DNA of 64,000 nt, from positions 288,001 through 352,000 of the forward strand of contig CAWDVE010000021.1 of NCBI GenBank assembly GCA_963805625.1, read 5' to 3'. Made by a program: the position numbers and the translations under genes. The notes below the pieces were generated by a model that was not told the origin of the DNA, did not search any database, and worked only from the letters and a program-made list of their open reading frames with translations. The stretch is from an uncultured Candidatus Rokubacteria bacterium (GTDB lineage Bacteria; Methylomirabilota; Methylomirabilia; Rokubacteriales; DASRDR01). This document shows, in pieces, positions 42,762-52,435 of the stretch. The number at the start of each line of letters is the position of its first letter. Within the stretch, counting starts at the first letter, position 1.

Positions 42762-44303
42762 CTAGTTGGCGCCGGCGACGAACACCCCGCCCAGGAAGCC
42801 CGGCGGGTAGGCGAAGAAGCCCTCGAGGGGACCCGCGATCGGGGTGCCCGTGGCGCCGCTGAAGACCCGCACGTGGGGTCCACCGCCCGGCCCCGGGGTC
42901 GTGATGATGTCGGCTCGAGCGTCGCCGGTGAGGTCGCCAGCGGCCGCGACGAAGACGCCACCCGTGAAGCGCGGATCGTAGGCGAAGAAGCTATGCACCT
43001 CCACCGGGGCACCGACGCGCAGGGCGGCGCCGTCGAAGACCTGGACGTGGGGTCCACCGCCCGGCCCGGGCCCGGTGATGAGGTCCGGCACGCCGTCGCC
43101 GGTCACATCCCCGGTCGCCACGTGCACGCCGCCGGTGAAGGCCGGATCATAGGCGAAGAACTCGGCGAGCGACGTGCCCGTGGCCCCATCGAGGACCCGT
43201 ACGTGGGGCCCGCCGCCCGGTCCGGGGCTCATGATGAGTTCCGCTCGATCGTCGTTGGTCAAGTCGGCGGCCGCGACGAAGACGCCCCCCGTGAAGCGCC
43301 GATCGTAGGCGAAGAAGCTTCCGAGGGGACCCGGGATCGGGGCACCCGTGGCCCCGCTGAAGACCTGCACATGCGGGCCGCCGCCGGGCCCGGCGCCGGT
43401 GATGATGTCGGCTCGACCGTCGCCGGTGAGGTCGCCAGCGGCCACGAAGACGCCGCCCATGAAGCCCGGATCGTAGGCGAAGAAGCTATACACCTCCACC
43501 GGGACACCGACCCGCAGGGCGGCGCCGTCGAAGACCTTGACGTGGGGTCCACCGCCCGGCCCGGGCCCGGTGATGACGTCCGGCACGCCGTCGCCAGTCA
43601 CATCCCCGGTCGCCACGTGCACGCCGCCGGTGAACGCCGGATCATAGGCGAAGAACTCGGCGAGCGACGTGCCCGTGGCCGCATCGAGCAGGCGCACGTG
43701 GGGTCCACCGCGCGGCCCGGCACCGGTGACCATCAGCGGTCGGGGCGCCACTGACGCGGGGGTCGAAAAGATGGCGGTGACGATGGTGGTGTCGGCGGTG
43801 ACGGTGCAGGTGGGGCTGGTTCCCACACAACCGCCGCCGCCCCAGCCAGAGAAGACGAAACCCGCGCCGGGAGTGGCAGCCAGGGTGACGCTGGCACCGC
43901 TCGGGTCGATGTGGATGCAGTCGTCGCCGCAGTTGACCGCGTTGGCGGGCGTGATGCTGGTGACGGTGCCGGTGCCGATCTTCGCGATCATGAGCAGAGC
44001 GGCGGCCGTGTGGCAGGCCTCGTTGCTGGGGGCGGAGCTACCTGTAGCATTGTAGGCGCGAACGCGATAGCAGTAACCTTGCCCTGCAGTCGCCGTGGTG
44101 TCGACGTAGCTGGTGACGTCGGCGCCGACGGTCGCGATCTCGGCGTGGGCGCCCGACGGGATGAGGCGGCGCTCGATCCGAGAGCCCAACGCGTTCGTGG
44201 CATTGTTGGTCCAGCTCAGGCTGAGCTGGCCGGCGAGCACGGGGCTGCCGACGAGGATGCTCGCCACGATCGCGGCAAACTGGATCCGGGTGAAGCGAGT
44301 CAT
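42762..44303 (-). CDS. Secreted protein: Fn3, InlB-B-like repeat, six FG-GAP-like repeats
   Basis: Signal peptide; LSW...YCYRVRAYN; VTLAATP..GFVFSGWGG..C; 6x GGPHV. Confidence 0.85.
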   Translation of the reverse strand: MTRFTRIQFAAIVASILVGSPVLAGQLSLSWTNNATNALGSRIERRLIPSGAHAEIATVGADVTSYVDTTATAGQGYCYRVRAYNATGSSAPSNEACHTAAALLMIAKIGTGTVTSITPANAVNCGDDCIHIDPSGASVTLAATPGAGFVFSGWGGGGCVGTSPTCTVTADTTIVTAIFSTPASVAPRPLMVTGAGPRGGPHVRLLDAATGTSLAEFFAYDPAFTGGVHVATGDVTGDGVPDVITGPGPGGGPHVKVFDGAALRVGVPVEVYSFFAYDPGFMGGVFVAAGDLTGDGRADIITGAGPGGGPHVQVFSGATGAPIPGPLGSFFAYDRRFTGGVFVAAADLTNDDRAELIMSPGPGGGPHVRVLDGATGTSLAEFFAYDPAFTGGVHVATGDVTGDGVPDLITGPGPGGGPHVQVFDGAALRVGAPVEVHSFFAYDPRFTGGVFVAAAGDLTGDARADIITTPGPGGGPHVRVFSGATGTPIAGPLEGFFAYPPGFLGGVFVAGAN

Positions 44304-44323
44304 GTGGACGCCCGTGCAGGCAG

Positions 44324-44339
44324 TGCAATGTGTGTACCC
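44324..44339 (-). promoter_or_regulatory. Sigma-54 promoter
   Basis: GGGTACACACATTGCA (GG-N10-GC) with an AT-rich tract upstream. Confidence 0.6.
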
Positions 44340-44634
44340 GTTTCGCCAAGAAGCGAGCATGAAAGCTAAGTAACGTGAACTTCTGCTATTATTTGCAATC
44401 CTGTTCGGACCCGAGATCCCTACCGCCACGGGTGGCCCTGACAAAACTGGGGACTGGAGGTGCCAAAAGACGGCCTGCCCCCCGAGAGACGGGACCCCCG
44501 TGTCCAGCCTCACGGTGGTCTCGTGGCGCTCCTCGACTCAGACCTCACCTCGGGAACGGGAAGCGGTCGCTCCTCGTCAGCGTTCCCTCTCCTCGCTCGC
44601 GGTCGCCCGGCGTGGGGCTACCGGTGGCCGGGTT

Positions 44635-47454
44635 TCAGTAGGCGAAGAACCCGGGGGTGACCGCGGCGCCAGCCGAGGTGAACGGAATGACGTGAGGGCC
44701 GCCGCCGGGGCCCGGCCCCGTGATGATCTCGGCGGCGACGCCGCCAGTGACGTCCCCGGCGGCCACGCGGACGCCCGCGGTGAAGAGAGGCGAATAGGCA
44801 AAGAAGCCGCCGCCAAGCGGGATGCCGGTTCCGTAGAAGGCACGGGCGTGGGGGCCGCCGCCAGGACCGGGGCCCGTGATGATCTCGGCAACGACGCCGT
44901 CGCCGGTGACGTCCCCGGCCGCGACGAACACCCCGCCGGTGAAGGCGGGGTCGTAGGCGAAGAACTCGGCGACGCTCAGCAAGGCGGCACCGGTGAACCC
45001 CAGCACGCGGACGTGGGGGCCGCCGCCCGGGCCGGGGCCGGTGACGATCTCGGCGCGGCCGTCTCCGTCGACGTCGCCGACGGCCACCTGGACGCCGCCG
45101 GTGAAGCCACCGTAGACGAGGGCGTCGAAAACGGGGAGGACGCCACCGGGGGAAGCCGGCGCGTAGCGGAGGATGCGGAGGTGGGAGCCGCCGCCGGCGC
45201 CGGCGCCGGTGACGATGTTGACGATGCCGGGGCCCTCCACGGGCCCGCAGGCGACGAAGACGCCGCCCGTGAAGGCCGGGTCGTACGCGAAGAAGCTGGC
45301 CAGTTCGCCCACCACGCTGCCGGCGGGATCCAGCTTGAAGACCCTTACATGGGGCCCACCGCCGGGGCCCGGGGCGGTGACGATCTCGTCCCGACCGTCG
45401 CCGTCGAAGTCGCAGCCGGAGGCGACGCGGACGCCGCCGGTGAAGGCCGGGGCGTAGGCGAAGAACCCGGGCCCAATCGGGACACCGTTCGCGTCGAAGA
45501 TCTTCACATGAGGGCCGCCGCCCGCGCCGGCCCCGGTGATGATCTCGGCGGGGACGCCGGGTGCGTCGATCCGGCCGGTGGCCACGTAGACGCCGCCCGT
45601 GAAGATCGGGAGGGGCGTGGCGTCGACGGCGTCAAGCGCGTCGGCGCGGCCGAATCCGGAGTCGGCGTCGAAGCCGGCCGGCCCCAGGTCGACCGCGGCG
45701 CCGGTGAGGATCCCGCGAACCTCGGGCGGGGTCAGCCCGGGGTTCTTCGAGAGAGCGAGCGCGGCGATGGCCGCGACGTGAGGAGCGGCCGCGGAGGTAC
45801 CGAAGAAGGGGTTGAAGCCGGGGCGGGTGGTGCTCACCCCGTCGATGCCCGTCAGGTCCGGCTTCGGCCGCTCCTCGGCCGCCGGGAACACGGTCGTCGA
45901 CGGTCCAGCCGAGCTGAACGGCTCGATGACCGTCGGGGTACCGGAGAACGCGGCGGCCACGGCGAGCACCTCGGGGACGGCCGGATGCCCGAAGATGCTG
46001 CCGGCGGGGACGGCGAACTCCTGGAGCGTGCAGCGCAGGCAGTACAGCTTGAGGGGCCGTGCCGCCCCCGAGACGCGCGTGATCTGGATGTCGCCGGCAC
46101 AGCTCGGCCCTGGCGGGCACACGAGCAGTATGCTCTCGATCGGGTCGTCGTTGCCGTCCTGGACGAACTGTGAGCAGCTGAGCCCCACGCCCGGGGTGGT
46201 ACGCACGCAGAGATCGTAATTGTCGCCGGCCGCGCCGAAGGGGTTCGCCCACTGGAGGACGACGAAGGCACTGGCGCCGCCGGGGGCGGTGAAGCGCATG
46301 AGCGTGTCGCCGCCGCCGAAATCGTGCCGCGTGCCGGACACCTCCGGGTCGAACACGCCCGGGGTGAACAGCGCGGCCGCGTAGTGCCCGGTGCGATCGT
46401 TACCGGCGGCGGACACCCGGAGGACGCTGTTGCCCACGGCCCGGTCGTTCAGGGCGATTAGCCCGTCCTGGAAGTAGGGCTCACCGTAGAACCCGAGGTC
46501 GTCGACGATGATCCGCGCCCCGGCGGCCGTCAGGTTGTTCACGGCGTTGACAAAGGTGAGCGCACTCGCAATGCCGGTCGCGAAGAGGAGCGGCGCGCCG
46601 GGCGCGCAGTCGTGGACGATCTCCAGCATCGCGGTGCCCTCGTCCCCGGGAGCGTCGGCGAGGACCGTGACGCCCGCGGGCAGGTCCCCGGTGGCCTGGG
46701 AGGCGGCGAGGCCGGCGACGCCGTCCGAGATCACCCCGACTGCGGCCCCGCTGCCGGTGAAGCCCAGGGCGCGTGCCTGGTCGCAGCGATGGATCGCGTC
46801 GCCCTGGGAGGTGACCGAGCCGGTCCTCGTCGTGCCGTAGCTCGGCGGCCGGACCTTCAGGACGACCGGCTCTCCGGCCAGCGCCTCCAGGTTCTCGATG
46901 GGGATCCAGCCCTCGACAACCCGGAAGTCGGCGTTGACGATCTCGATGTCCAGCCCGTGGCCCCGGAGCTGCATCAGCGTCCCGTCGTCCGCGTCGGCGA
47001 CGGTCACGTCGACCTGTACTCGCCCCGCGTCGTCCACGCGTTGGGCCGCCGACGAGAAGCGCCCGGCGGCGCCCATCGCGGCCGCGTTCTGGGAGGTGAT
47101 GCCGAGCGACTGGAGGTCGGCGATGAGCGCCCGGAGCCGTGACACGATCTTCTCCGAGGCGGCACTGGTCACGGGGCCGGATGAGCTGAGCTGGCCGACC
47201 GCCCGAAAGTCCTGCGCCCCGGCGATCGGGGGTGCCAGGGCGAGCAGGACCACGGCCAAGAGCGCCGCGAGACCGGCGCGGCGGCTGGCCCCCGCGCGTA
47301 TTGCGCACCGCAGCGCGGCACGGCCGGCGGTGGTCGACGAGATCCGACGGGCACTGACTCGCACGGCTCCCTCCCTGGTCCAAAGGCGTGGGGCGCGGAG
47401 TCCGGCAGCGACCTCCCGACATTGGCCCCTGCAGCGGAAGAGCCCCCAGATCAT
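44635..47454 (-). CDS. Secreted S8/S53-like serine peptidase with six C-terminal FG-GAP-like repeats
   Basis: VGVISDG, DEGTAMLEIVHD, SAAGN, FGTSAAAPH. The true start is probably about 90 bp downstream of 47454. Confidence 0.88.
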   Translation of the reverse strand: MIWGLFRCRGQCREVAAGLRAPRLWTREGAVRVSARRISSTTAGRAALRCAIRAGASRRAGLAALLAVVLLALAPPIAGAQDFRAVGQLSSSGPVTSAASEKIVSRLRALIADLQSLGITSQNAAAMGAAGRFSSAAQRVDDAGRVQVDVTVADADDGTLMQLRGHGLDIEIVNADFRVVEGWIPIENLEALAGEPVVLKVRPPSYGTTRTGSVTSQGDAIHRCDQARALGFTGSGAAVGVISDGVAGLAASQATGDLPAGVTVLADAPGDEGTAMLEIVHDCAPGAPLLFATGIASALTFVNAVNNLTAAGARIIVDDLGFYGEPYFQDGLIALNDRAVGNSVLRVSAAGNDRTGHYAAALFTPGVFDPEVSGTRHDFGGGDTLMRFTAPGGASAFVVLQWANPFGAAGDNYDLCVRTTPGVGLSCSQFVQDGNDDPIESILLVCPPGPSCAGDIQITRVSGAARPLKLYCLRCTLQEFAVPAGSIFGHPAVPEVLAVAAAFSGTPTVIEPFSSAGPSTTVFPAAEERPKPDLTGIDGVSTTRPGFNPFFGTSAAAPHVAAIAALALSKNPGLTPPEVRGILTGAAVDLGPAGFDADSGFGRADALDAVDATPLPIFTGGVYVATGRIDAPGVPAEIITGAGAGGGPHVKIFDANGVPIGPGFFAYAPAFTGGVRVASGCDFDGDGRDEIVTAPGPGGGPHVRVFKLDPAGSVVGELASFFAYDPAFTGGVFVACGPVEGPGIVNIVTGAGAGGGSHLRILRYAPASPGGVLPVFDALVYGGFTGGVQVAVGDVDGDGRAEIVTGPGPGGGPHVRVLGFTGAALLSVAEFFAYDPAFTGGVFVAAGDVTGDGVVAEIITGPGPGGGPHARAFYGTGIPLGGGFFAYSPLFTAGVRVAAGDVTGGVAAEIITGPGPGGGPHVIPFTSAGAAVTPGFFAY

Positions 47455-47887
47455 TTCACCGGCTCGGCGATGTAGTTCAGGTCCTTCCGTTCGCCTTCCG
47501 CTTCTTGTCTGTCTACGAGTTCTGGGACAATCCGACCAACGAACACCCCATCTGGATCTTCAAGCGGACGTACCGCTCCTGGCCCGGCTCAAGCACAAAG
47601 GTTAGCTTCTTCTCCGTGGCGGCGGTGACCTCGTAGGTCCCGGAGTCCCGGTCGACGAAGTAGGAACCATGAGGCGTAGCGGTACCGGCCTTCTCTCCGT
47701 TGAGCTCGATGTCGGGCCGCACCGCGGCACCCATGGCGCTCGACCGGTAGAAATAGATCCGACCCTTCTGCGGGGCCAGCGACGGGAAGGTCGAGGCGAC
47801 CATCTAGTACTTCGGCCCGGTGGCGCAACCGGAGAGCAGCAGCACCATCAGCACAGTGGTTCCCCGAGCTGCCGTGTTGATCATCAT
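47440..47887 (-). pseudogene. DUF2846-like lipoprotein, disrupted
   Basis: Lipobox LSGC, GRIYFYR; in-frame TAG at 47804-47806 and a frameshift near QMG. Confidence 0.7.
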
Positions 47888-47889
47888 GG

Positions 47890-48300
47890 TCACCTCCTCT
47901 GGAAAGAAAGCCGTGTATCCGACCCGGACACCGGGGAGAATGCACGCTCCACTGGTAGGTAGAAGCCCACGATTCGCTCCCCATCGAGGACGAGACACGC
48001 CTCGTGTATGTGAGCCCCCTCGGCCGTAAATACCGGGTCAACCGGCTTGTATACGTCCCTCTCTCCGGTCCATCCGATTCGCGTCCACACGCTACCTTTG
48101 CTAATCACTCGGCTGTACCCTGGGCCCACTGCGACACCCGGTTGTTGTCTGGCGTGATGACCAGCACGATCGGCCGGCTGCTCGGGACAGACGTCCCTCC
48201 ACCCGAGACGGCGAAGTTCACGGTGCCGCGGTAGGTGCCCGGAAAGATCTGGCTGCTGCTGGAGCAGCACGAGGCCGAGGCCGATCCATCGGATCATCAT
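47890..48300 (-). pseudogene. Conserved exported hypothetical protein, frameshifted
   Basis: C-terminal VFTAEGAHIHEACLV...IVGFYLPVERAFSP; N-terminus degraded. Confidence 0.5.
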
Positions 48301-48480
48301 CGCCCCACCTTGTTCTCGCTGTGATCGCCGAGTTCGAGCGGGACCTGATCCCGGCGCCTCGGATTGGACCACGCCACCGATTGGACCCACCGATTGGACC
48401 TCGACAAGACCGCACCCCGCGGGATAGACTCCCCGTCGAACTCGCCCTGGCCTGGACCGGCAGTAAGGGATGGGATCGAC

Positions 48481-49686
48481 ATGGCCTCGGGGCCCAAAGC
48501 GACGGAAACGCCTGCCGTGACGCGCGGAGCGGATGTCGAGTCAGCGGGGCTTGTGGAGCGGGATCTCTCATCTCCTCGTGGCCAGGGTGCGGGCCGGCCG
48601 CGCCTTCGTGTGCTCCGGGATGAACCCGGCGCGCGCGGCCGGCTGATCGCGCGAATCCTCACCGGCGCCTGGCGGATGGCGCCGCCACCGCCCGACTTCA
48701 CGGCCGACGAGTTGGAGGCTGCCGCACCGCTCCTCCATAAGGGCGGATCAGGTGCGCTGGTCTGGTGGCGAATCCGTGGCACACCGCTGGCCGAGACCCC
48801 GACTGGCCAGGGGTTCCGCAACGCCTATCGGCTTTGCACTCTCGAGGCGGAGATCCACGCGATCGAGATGGTCCGGGTGCTACAGCGACTCGACGCGGCG
48901 GGCGTAGAGACCCTCGTCGCTAAGGGTTGGGTGGCCGCGCGCCACTATCCCGAGGTCGGGCTCCGCCAGTATACCGACCTGGACCTGTTGGTCCGACCCG
49001 CGCACGTAGTGGCGGCCCGGACCGCTCTGGCGAGCCTCGCAGGTCTCGAGTATCTGGTGGACCTCCACGAGGGGGCGAGGCACCTGGACGCGCTCAGTTT
49101 CGATGACCTGGCGGCGCGGGCGGAGCACGTCAAGGTCGGTGAACGGGACGTGTGCGTTGTCGGTCCGGAGGACCACCTCCGGGTGCTTGCCGTTCACGCC
49201 CTGCGCCATGGCGTCTTCCGCCCTCTTTGGCTGGTCGACCTCGCCGTGGCGATGGAGGCCCGGCCGACGGACTTCGACTGGACCCGCTGTCTCGGGCCTG
49301 ACCCGCGGCGCGCGGACTGGGTGGCCTGCGCCCTCGGGCTGTCCCACCGCCTACTCGGGGCGGACCTCGACAGTGAGTTGGTGGAGGCGCGCGCGCGGCG
49401 ACTGCCAGACTGGCTGCTTCGGGCCGTCCTGCGGGCCTGGGATCGCTGCGAGGACCCCAGTCTGCACGAACCCTTCGCGTGGGTGCTCGCACGGGAGCTG
49501 CGGCGACCGGCCCGTATCGTCGCGGAGATCCGGCGCCGCTGGGACCGCCCGATCCAGGCGACGGTCGCGGTGGGCGGCCCGTTCAACCGGCTCCCCCGCT
49601 GGCCGTTCCGGCTGGCGGCGATCGTCCGCCACGCGCCCGGGATCGGACGGGTGCTCAGGCAGACGATCGGCGCCAGGGCACGGTGA
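48481..49686 (+). CDS. Nucleotidyltransferase family protein (NTP_transf_5-like)
   Basis: KGW....YP..GLR...DLDLLV, VDLH, LWLVDL. Start uncertain. Confidence 0.82.
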   Translation: MASGPKATETPAVTRGADVESAGLVERDLSSPRGQGAGRPRLRVLRDEPGARGRLIARILTGAWRMAPPPPDFTADELEAAAPLLHKGGSGALVWWRIRGTPLAETPTGQGFRNAYRLCTLEAEIHAIEMVRVLQRLDAAGVETLVAKGWVAARHYPEVGLRQYTDLDLLVRPAHVVAARTALASLAGLEYLVDLHEGARHLDALSFDDLAARAEHVKVGERDVCVVGPEDHLRVLAVHALRHGVFRPLWLVDLAVAMEARPTDFDWTRCLGPDPRRADWVACALGLSHRLLGADLDSELVEARARRLPDWLLRAVLRAWDRCEDPSLHEPFAWVLARELRRPARIVAEIRRRWDRPIQATVAVGGPFNRLPRWPFRLAAIVRHAPGIGRVLRQTIGARAR

Positions 49687-49744
49687 TCTCCGCCGAGGCA
49701 GGTGGTTCGACGGGCCGTCGCCATGGTCGCGGAGGTCGACGGGG

Positions 49745-50734
49745 TCAGGGCGACGCTGGGCGCTCGAGATCGAGGCTCCTGAGGAGCGCGTCCGCCGTCT
49801 GCCGCGCCTCCCCACGGACGACGCGGAGGATCGGGGCCCTCAGGACAACCTGCTGGATCGCCACGAGGGCTCGCGGAGGGTCCCGCCGGACAGAGACGGT
49901 GTTGGCCAGGAGCTCGAGCGCTCCTTCGGCGGCCGAGAGTCGCCGCGGACGCCAGCGCGCCCCGGCCCGGTAACGGCTTACGACTACGAGGCCCACCGGA
50001 AGCGACCGGGTTCCGGTGCGTCCGCCGAGCGCCGCGGCGGACCAGCGCGATCGGTCCAACCCGCGGTCCCCGCGAAGCGAGAGGCGTCGCGCGTACGGGT
50101 AGACGCGCCCGCGCAGGTCGAGCACGGCGTACTCGTCCGAGTAGTACGTCGCCCCCGCCCGGACCAGGTCTGCGACGAGCCTGCTCTTGCCGCTCATGCT
50201 GGGTCCGGGCAGGAGGATCGCCCGCCCGCGCCAGCCCACAACGCCGGCATGCACGAAGACGCGCCGCGGCGCTCGCTCGGCGACGTAGAGTTGGAGGTCG
50301 GACTCGAGGCTGTCAAGGATGCCTTCCAGGGTCCGGTCCCGGGTCACGGGCGCCGTGTCACCCCAGAGGCGATGCCACCCCTCGCGGCGCGGCACGACCA
50401 GCGAGTACAGGCGATCGACGATCCGCGCGTCGGCCAGGCGCCAGCCGGGCGGTAGCCGGTCGCGCAGCGACGCCAAGACCGACAGTTCGTTCGCACGGAC
50501 CCCGATCCGCAGCCCGTAGGCCGTGATGGCGAAACCCAGCCGACACGCGGGCGGCCCCCAGCGTCCCGAACGTGGAGTCCCGGGCTTCGGGGCGACGCAG
50601 AGATCCTTGAGCCCGCGGCCGATACGGGGAAGCTCCGCGGCCAGGCAGACGATCGAGGCGAACCCCCTGCCCTGGCGGACGGCAAGGCAGGGTCCGGAAC
50701 ACGATGCCGGCGCAGGCGCCGGCTGACCCCTCAC
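49745..50734 (-). CDS. HPr kinase-like P-loop kinase
   Basis: FVHAGVV, Walker A GPSMSGKS, YYSDEYA; GTG start overlaps the upstream stop. Confidence 0.82.
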   Translation of the reverse strand: MRGQPAPAPASCSGPCLAVRQGRGFASIVCLAAELPRIGRGLKDLCVAPKPGTPRSGRWGPPACRLGFAITAYGLRIGVRANELSVLASLRDRLPPGWRLADARIVDRLYSLVVPRREGWHRLWGDTAPVTRDRTLEGILDSLESDLQLYVAERAPRRVFVHAGVVGWRGRAILLPGPSMSGKSRLVADLVRAGATYYSDEYAVLDLRGRVYPYARRLSLRGDRGLDRSRWSAAALGGRTGTRSLPVGLVVVSRYRAGARWRPRRLSAAEGALELLANTVSVRRDPPRALVAIQQVVLRAPILRVVRGEARQTADALLRSLDLERPASP

Positions 50735-52287
50735 GTCCCTGGCGGGTGGGCCCGCGGGCTCTCGATGATCGGCGCGACGCCGGCCAGCGCGAGGACGTTC
50801 CGCGCCCCGATTCCGATCGTCGAGGCGACCCGGCCCTCAGCGTCTATCAGCACGGCCGACGGCGTTGCGCGGGCCTCGAAGACCTTGCTCACCTTCAAGC
50901 CCTCGTCGAGGACGACGGTCGAGCGGAAGCCCAGAGCGCGGTTTGCCTCGACCGATCCCGAGGAGACCACGAGCAGACGGGGGGCGCCGCGGGGGGGCTC
51001 GGCCTCCCACCGGTGAAGATCCTCGGCCATCCGCTGGCAATACGAGCAGTCCGGATGCCAGAAGACGAGAAGGGTGTCCCGTCCGCGGTAGTTGCGGAGG
51101 TCGATCATCCGGTTGTCGAGGTCGGGAAGCGTGAATGGCGGCGCGAGCTGGCCGGGGCGGGGCGGCCCTCCGGCCAGCACCGGCAGCGATCCGTGGCTCT
51201 CCCGGCCGTTCGTCCGCGCCGGGAACGGGGCACCAGGTGAGGCGACGGCGTGGGCAACAAGGGCGCGGATGGCAGCGTCCCCGAAGACGACCGGGCCTGC
51301 GATCCGCCCGGTTCGCCCGATGAGGACCGCGCCGGGAGTCCACTGGGCGCCGTAGGCGTCGGCAACTTCACTCCGCGCCTGGAGGAGCATGGCCTCGGAC
51401 GACATCCCACCGAACTTTGTCCGGTTCTCGTCGGTACTCCCGGTCGTGACCAGCGCCAGCGTGAACGCCTCCGCGTGCTCGCGCTGCCAGCGGGCGATCT
51501 CGGGCGCGAGGGCAGTGCAGGGATCACAGGCCGGCCCCACGAAGAGAAGCAGGACCGGCCGGCCAAGTCCAAGGAGGGTGCCGAGCGAGCGTGTCTCACC
51601 GTCGCCAGCGGGCAGGGAGAAGGCCGGCGCCAGCGCGCCCACCGGGAGGGCACCCACCGTGAGGCCCGTGTCGAGTTGTCTGCCCTCACTGGGCGCGCCG
51701 ATTCCCTGTTCCACCCGTGCCTCGATCGCGTCGAGCCGGGTCAGGACCCGCGCCTGCTGGATGAGCAGGCGCAGCACCATCCCGACGACCGTGCCAAGAA
51801 CCGCCAGCGCGGCGAGGCCCAGGACGGCCAGGGTGCGCTCGGCGGGCGGCAGCGCACCGAGCCAGCCCACGACGCTCAGCCCGGAGTCGTTCCATCCGGC
51901 ACCGACAACGAACACGGCCAGCGCGCCAAGAACAACGTTCCGGAGCAAGGTCGGCCAGCCCACTGGGGCCGAGCGCAGCTGGCCAAAGCAGCGGCACTCG
52001 GGCCGCTGGCCCCGCGCGAGACTCAGCGCAATGGCGATCGTGAACGCCACGAGAAGGCCGAGGGCCCCGAGCCCACCCCACCACGCGGAGGTGCGCGGAA
52101 CAAGGGCGGTGGCGACAGACAGCTCTGCGGCCGGGAGAGCCACCGCGAGGGGTCCCACGAGCCAGGCGGGCAACCCGAATCCGGCAAGGCCCTCGCGGGC
52201 GCCGGTCCGGTCCAGGAGCTTGGTGACGCCGGCAACCGTGAACACGCCGGCGAGCGCGAGTCGGGCACTGAGGAGGACCGCGTCCAT
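50731..52287 (-). CDS. MauE/DoxX membrane domain fused to two thioredoxin-like domains
   Basis: TM helices with CRCFG; redoxin motifs CDPC and CSYC, each preceded by G..AP.F.LP. Confidence 0.88.
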   Translation of the reverse strand: MDAVLLSARLALAGVFTVAGVTKLLDRTGAREGLAGFGLPAWLVGPLAVALPAAELSVATALVPRTSAWWGGLGALGLLVAFTIAIALSLARGQRPECRCFGQLRSAPVGWPTLLRNVVLGALAVFVVGAGWNDSGLSVVGWLGALPPAERTLAVLGLAALAVLGTVVGMVLRLLIQQARVLTRLDAIEARVEQGIGAPSEGRQLDTGLTVGALPVGALAPAFSLPAGDGETRSLGTLLGLGRPVLLLFVGPACDPCTALAPEIARWQREHAEAFTLALVTTGSTDENRTKFGGMSSEAMLLQARSEVADAYGAQWTPGAVLIGRTGRIAGPVVFGDAAIRALVAHAVASPGAPFPARTNGRESHGSLPVLAGGPPRPGQLAPPFTLPDLDNRMIDLRNYRGRDTLLVFWHPDCSYCQRMAEDLHRWEAEPPRGAPRLLVVSSGSVEANRALGFRSTVVLDEGLKVSKVFEARATPSAVLIDAEGRVASTIGIGARNVLALAGVAPIIESPRAHPPGT

Positions 52288-52435
52288 CTGGGACTCTACC
52301 TCACACCGATTCCGCTGGGCGCAAGACCGGGGACCTCTGGCGCGTGGGTGTGACGCAGGGCCTGCCGGGGGACCGGAGCCGCCGATCCCCCGGCCCCCTC
52401 AACCCGCTGCCGCTGACCGAACTCGAGCAGCGCTC

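Noticed and set aside
47804-47806. In-frame TAG in the DUF2846 gene as pyrrolysine or readthrough
   Set aside because: The same gene also has a downstream frameshift and a degraded neighbour, so decay is the simpler explanation.
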